Assembly: GCA_934155185.1 (NCBI GenBank)
Contig: CAKPGT010000005.1
Coordinates: 3,715-67,714, forward strand
DNA length: 64,000 nt
Direction of reading: 5' to 3'
Source of the DNA: an uncultured Bacilli bacterium
GTDB lineage: Bacteria; Bacillota_I; Bacilli_A; RF39; UBA660
This document shows positions 60,972 to 64,000 of the stretch, piece by piece. The first letter of the stretch is position 1, and every line of letters starts with the position of its first letter. Made by a program: the position numbers and the translations under genes. A model generated the notes under the pieces. The model saw only the letters and a program-made list of their open reading frames with translations, ran no database searches and was not told where the DNA came from.

Positions 60972-61703
60972 ATGCACATAAATAAAAATTTACAAAAATA
61001 TATCGAAGAAAATATTTTTCCTAGCTATGAAAAAAATGATCTAGGACATAATTTAGAACATATTAAGTATGTTATAAATAGAAGCTTAAAATTTGCCAAT
61101 CAAATTAATAATATTAATTATGACATGGTTTATGTGGTTGCAGCCTACCATGATATTGGGCATTATATTGATGCTAAAAATCATGAAAAAGTTTCAGCTG
61201 AAATGTTACTTAAGGATTCAAACTTAAGAAAGTTTTTTACTGAAGATGATATAAAAATAATGGCTGATGCAGTATATGATCACAGGGCGAGTATGGATAG
61301 TGAACCCAGAAGTATATATGGAAAAATAGTATCTTCAGCAGATAGAAACACATTAGTAGAAGTACCATTAAAAAGAACATATGCTTATAGGATAAAGCAT
61401 AAGCCCGATTCCCAATTAGATGAAATAATTGAAGAATCTAGAATGCATATAATTGATAAATTTGGTAAAAAAGGTTATGCAACTAAAAAGATGTATTTTG
61501 AAGACTTAGATTACAAAAAGTTTTTAAAGGAGATAGCAATTTTAGCTGAAAACAAAGAAGCATTTAGAAAAAAATTCATTGAAGTAAATAAGATTGATGA
61601 GCAAAAATATTATGCCAAAAATGCTTGTCAAGCTACCTTAAATTATGATGCAACAAAAGACGCTCAAGAAAAAACTGCTTATGCTAAAACTTTTAAAAAA
61701 TAA
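60972..61703 (+). CDS. HD-domain protein
   Basis: HNLEHIKYV...AAYHDIGH motif. 243 aa. SD: AAGGAGAG. Confidence 0.72.
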   Translation: MHINKNLQKYIEENIFPSYEKNDLGHNLEHIKYVINRSLKFANQINNINYDMVYVVAAYHDIGHYIDAKNHEKVSAEMLLKDSNLRKFFTEDDIKIMADAVYDHRASMDSEPRSIYGKIVSSADRNTLVEVPLKRTYAYRIKHKPDSQLDEIIEESRMHIIDKFGKKGYATKKMYFEDLDYKKFLKEIAILAENKEAFRKKFIEVNKIDEQKYYAKNACQATLNYDATKDAQEKTAYAKTFKK

Positions 61704-61997
61704 TACTAATTAACTATTATTATTAACTTTATATGAGAAAAAGGTTAATCAAAATTAGCCTTTTCTCTTTGTTGTAAATGTCAATTTTTTCACAAAAAGT
61801 TATTAGTTAAAAAAGTAAATGCAAGTTAAAAAATACAAATTAAAGAAGTTACATTTAATCCTAGAATAGTATTAAATAATCATTTTTGTAATAGTAAAAT
61901 AAAATTGTTATTGAAAATTTTAAAAATAGCTCAAAACAAGACCAAAGCTAATTTATGTATCAAAAAAGTCCTTATAATATAAGGGCTTGTTTTTTTA

Positions 61998-62071
61998 TGG
62001 TGCCTCCTGTAAGAATCGAACTTACAATTCAGCCTTACCATGGCTGCGTTATACCACTTAACTAAGGAGGC
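61998..62071 (-). tRNA. tRNA-Thr (anticodon GGU), CCA encoded
   Basis: The cloverleaf was checked by hand. Acceptor GCCTCCT/AGGAGGC, D stem GTTA/TAAC, anticodon stem CAGCC/GGCTG with loop AU-GGU-AA, and T arm GTAAG-TTCGATT-CTTAC. A terminator hairpin follows at about 61966-61997. Confidence 0.92.
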
Positions 62072-62129
62072 ATTACAAATACATTTTATCATAATAAAAT
62101 ATTATATACAATAAAATGTATTATATATT

Positions 62130-63542
62130 CTAAACTTTTAATTTTGTTAGTCTTTTCAAATAATAATTATATTTAAATAAAGTTACAAGTAAAACAAAAC
62201 CAATAAGTATTAATGCAAATATTAGTGGCATTTGAATAAAACCATATGTTAATTTAAGTTCATTTGATAATTCAAAATAAACTAAATTATAAGCAAGAGA
62301 TGTCTTAAACACACATGATAATAAATTATCAAAAGAAGCATCAAGAAATGATTTATGTTTGCCAGAATCAATATTATAAATAAGCATACTTATAATACCA
62401 ACTATAAAAGCTAATACAAATGAATCATAATTTACTTCATAAAAGTTTTTAGCTAAATTTATAATACAAAATACACTTACAATAAGTAAAATAATAGTAA
62501 GTATAATATTATAAATACTGATTTTTTTAGTATACACTAATTCATTTTGTTTATTTTTTCTTTCAGCTAGTTTGGAATTAATAAATAAGGATAATTCATC
62601 ATCCTCTCTTTTCACATGTTCTTTTATAACTTTTTCTATATCATTTGCATCTATATTCGTCTTTTTATTTAACTCATTTGTAAAGGAAAAAGCATCATTT
62701 TCTAGTAAAATACTAAATATAGAACTTCCCTCTTCTTTTTCATTATTTGATATTTCTTCTTTTATATTATCGGCAAAAGAAGCTGGAATTTTTAATATTA
62801 TACTTCTTTTTTGATCATATAAAAATTCTAATGTTTCATCGGTTTTTTTTATTTGTTCTCTTAAAGTACTAACTCTTTTATTTGCAAGATCTATAAGATT
62901 ATTAATCTTAATTTTTTCACTTCTCTTCTTTCCTTTTTTTAAGAAGTTCATATCAATAAAACTATATATATTAATTATGCCAAATATGCCAAAAGGCAAT
63001 GTTAATATTAGTAAATAATTTCTATTTATCAAATTAAATATTAAACAAAGAAGAAAGAATATGCCATTTATAAAGTCATATATATTCTTAATCTTTTTTC
63101 CATCTATTCTATATAAGTTAGCTGCCATAATATTCTGATTTATAAAAGTTATACTGCTTTCATATATTTTTTTCATTAATTCCTTGCTTATTATTTCTTT
63201 TTTTACTTTTTTTAAGTTATCCACTTCTTTATAATCAGAAAAGTATTCCTCAATTTCCTTTTCAAGAATTTTATCTTCTTTTTTTATATCTAATTTTTTA
63301 GCATCTTCAAACGTCTTTTTTAGTTCTTTTAATTCTTCATCATTAAGATATAAGTTAAAATTACGGGTTTGTGCTTTTATAGCCGTTAGATATCCATAAT
63401 AATTTTTAGGATATTCTTTTATTAAACTATTTGATTTTTCTAAGGCACCAGAATAGTCTTCCTCTTTAAAGCAAACTGTTATTCCTTCCTTTTTCTTATC
63501 AAAAGTTTTATCTTTCTTTATACTTTTTTTCTTCTTTTTCAT
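62130..63542 (-). CDS. Hypothetical membrane protein (Lys-rich soluble N-terminus, two TM clusters separated by a coiled-coil region)
   Basis: 470 aa with hydrophobic helices around aa 160-200 and 345-460. I recognise no family. Confidence 0.55.
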   Translation of the reverse strand: MKKKKKSIKKDKTFDKKKEGITVCFKEEDYSGALEKSNSLIKEYPKNYYGYLTAIKAQTRNFNLYLNDEELKELKKTFEDAKKLDIKKEDKILEKEIEEYFSDYKEVDNLKKVKKEIISKELMKKIYESSITFINQNIMAANLYRIDGKKIKNIYDFINGIFFLLCLIFNLINRNYLLILTLPFGIFGIINIYSFIDMNFLKKGKKRSEKIKINNLIDLANKRVSTLREQIKKTDETLEFLYDQKRSIILKIPASFADNIKEEISNNEKEEGSSIFSILLENDAFSFTNELNKKTNIDANDIEKVIKEHVKREDDELSLFINSKLAERKNKQNELVYTKKISIYNIILTIILLIVSVFCIINLAKNFYEVNYDSFVLAFIVGIISMLIYNIDSGKHKSFLDASFDNLLSCVFKTSLAYNLVYFELSNELKLTYGFIQMPLIFALILIGFVLLVTLFKYNYYLKRLTKLKV

Positions 63543-63550
63543 AAGAACCC

Positions 63551-64000
63551 CTAAAATTTTATTCTATCATTTACATACTTTATTGCATCTTCTATACTTA
63601 ATGTTATCTGCTTCATAGTGTCTCTATCTCTTATGGTTACGGTCTTGTTATTTATAGTTTCATCATCTACCGTTATACACCAAGGCGTACCTATTACATC
63701 TTGTCTTCTATATCTCTTACCAATAGATCCAGTTTCATCATATGTACACATAAACTCTTTTGAGAACAAATCATATATCTCATTAGCTTTCTTATCATGG
63801 TATTTTTTAACAAGTGGCAATATTGCTACCTTATATGGTGCTATTACAGGGTTAAAATGCATAACCTCCCTTGTATCATTTTCTAGTTTTTCCTCTTCAT
63901 AAGAATTGCATAATATTGCAAGAGTAAGTCTATCTGCTCCAATTGAATATTCAATAACATTTGGTGTAAACTTTTCATTTGTTTCAGGATCTTGGTATTC
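63551..64000 (-). CDS. glyQS: Glycine--tRNA ligase (GlyQS type), 3' part; continues past the window edge
   Basis: The frame is open to nt 64000. VIEYSIGADRLTLAIL (motif 3 region) is followed by the anticodon-binding domain (APYKVAILPL...GSIGKRYRRQDVIGTPWCITVD). Confidence 0.9.
   Translation of the reverse strand, partial: EYQDPETNEKFTPNVIEYSIGADRLTLAILCNSYEEEKLENDTREVMHFNPVIAPYKVAILPLVKKYHDKKANEIYDLFSKEFMCTYDETGSIGKRYRRQDVIGTPWCITVDDETINNKTVTIRDRDTMKQITLSIEDAIKYVNDRIKF

Overview
This is a 64-kb chromosomal core segment from a very AT-rich, endospore-forming Firmicute that looks Clostridia-like. GC is roughly 27-30% by eye. Sporulation genes spoIIM, spoIVB, spoIIP and gpr are present. The standard genetic code applies, since dtd ends in TGA. 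Most of the window is housekeeping. The gene order is relA-dtd, a membrane-module block, hisS-orf-aspS, 6S RNA, tcdA, a surface protein, rarA, xerD, a phosphohexomutase and zupT. It continues with spoIIM, spoIVB, xseAB, hrcA-grpE-dnaK-pepF-dnaJ, hemW, lepA, trpS, spoIIP, gpr, rpsT, miaA-mutL, tgt-queA-ruvBA, tRNA-Thr and the 3' end of glyQS. I found no CRISPR array, IS element, transposase, prophage or recognisable defence operon. Several elements are not in the ORF track. These are two T-box leaders (hisS and trpS), a 6S-like RNA in the aspS-tcdA gap, a CIRCE operator, one tRNA-Thr(GGU), some small SD-preceded ORFs, and two orphan small-RNA candidates with near-consensus sigma-A promoters and intrinsic terminators. 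The two observations I rate highest are these. (1) At 46.3-46.55 kb, a small RNA is convergent with a 24-codon hydrophobic ORF and shares a direct repeat with that ORF's SD-proximal leader, an architecture like par/Fst-type type I toxin-antitoxin loci. (2) At 29.5-33.4 kb, a 1294-aa protein has about 800 aa of degenerate helical repeats, an unassigned middle domain and a C-terminal PPP/ApaH-like metallophosphoesterase, and is followed by a DUF308 membrane protein. All RNA folds, promoter calls and family assignments were made by eye and from memory. None has been checked by computation or database search.
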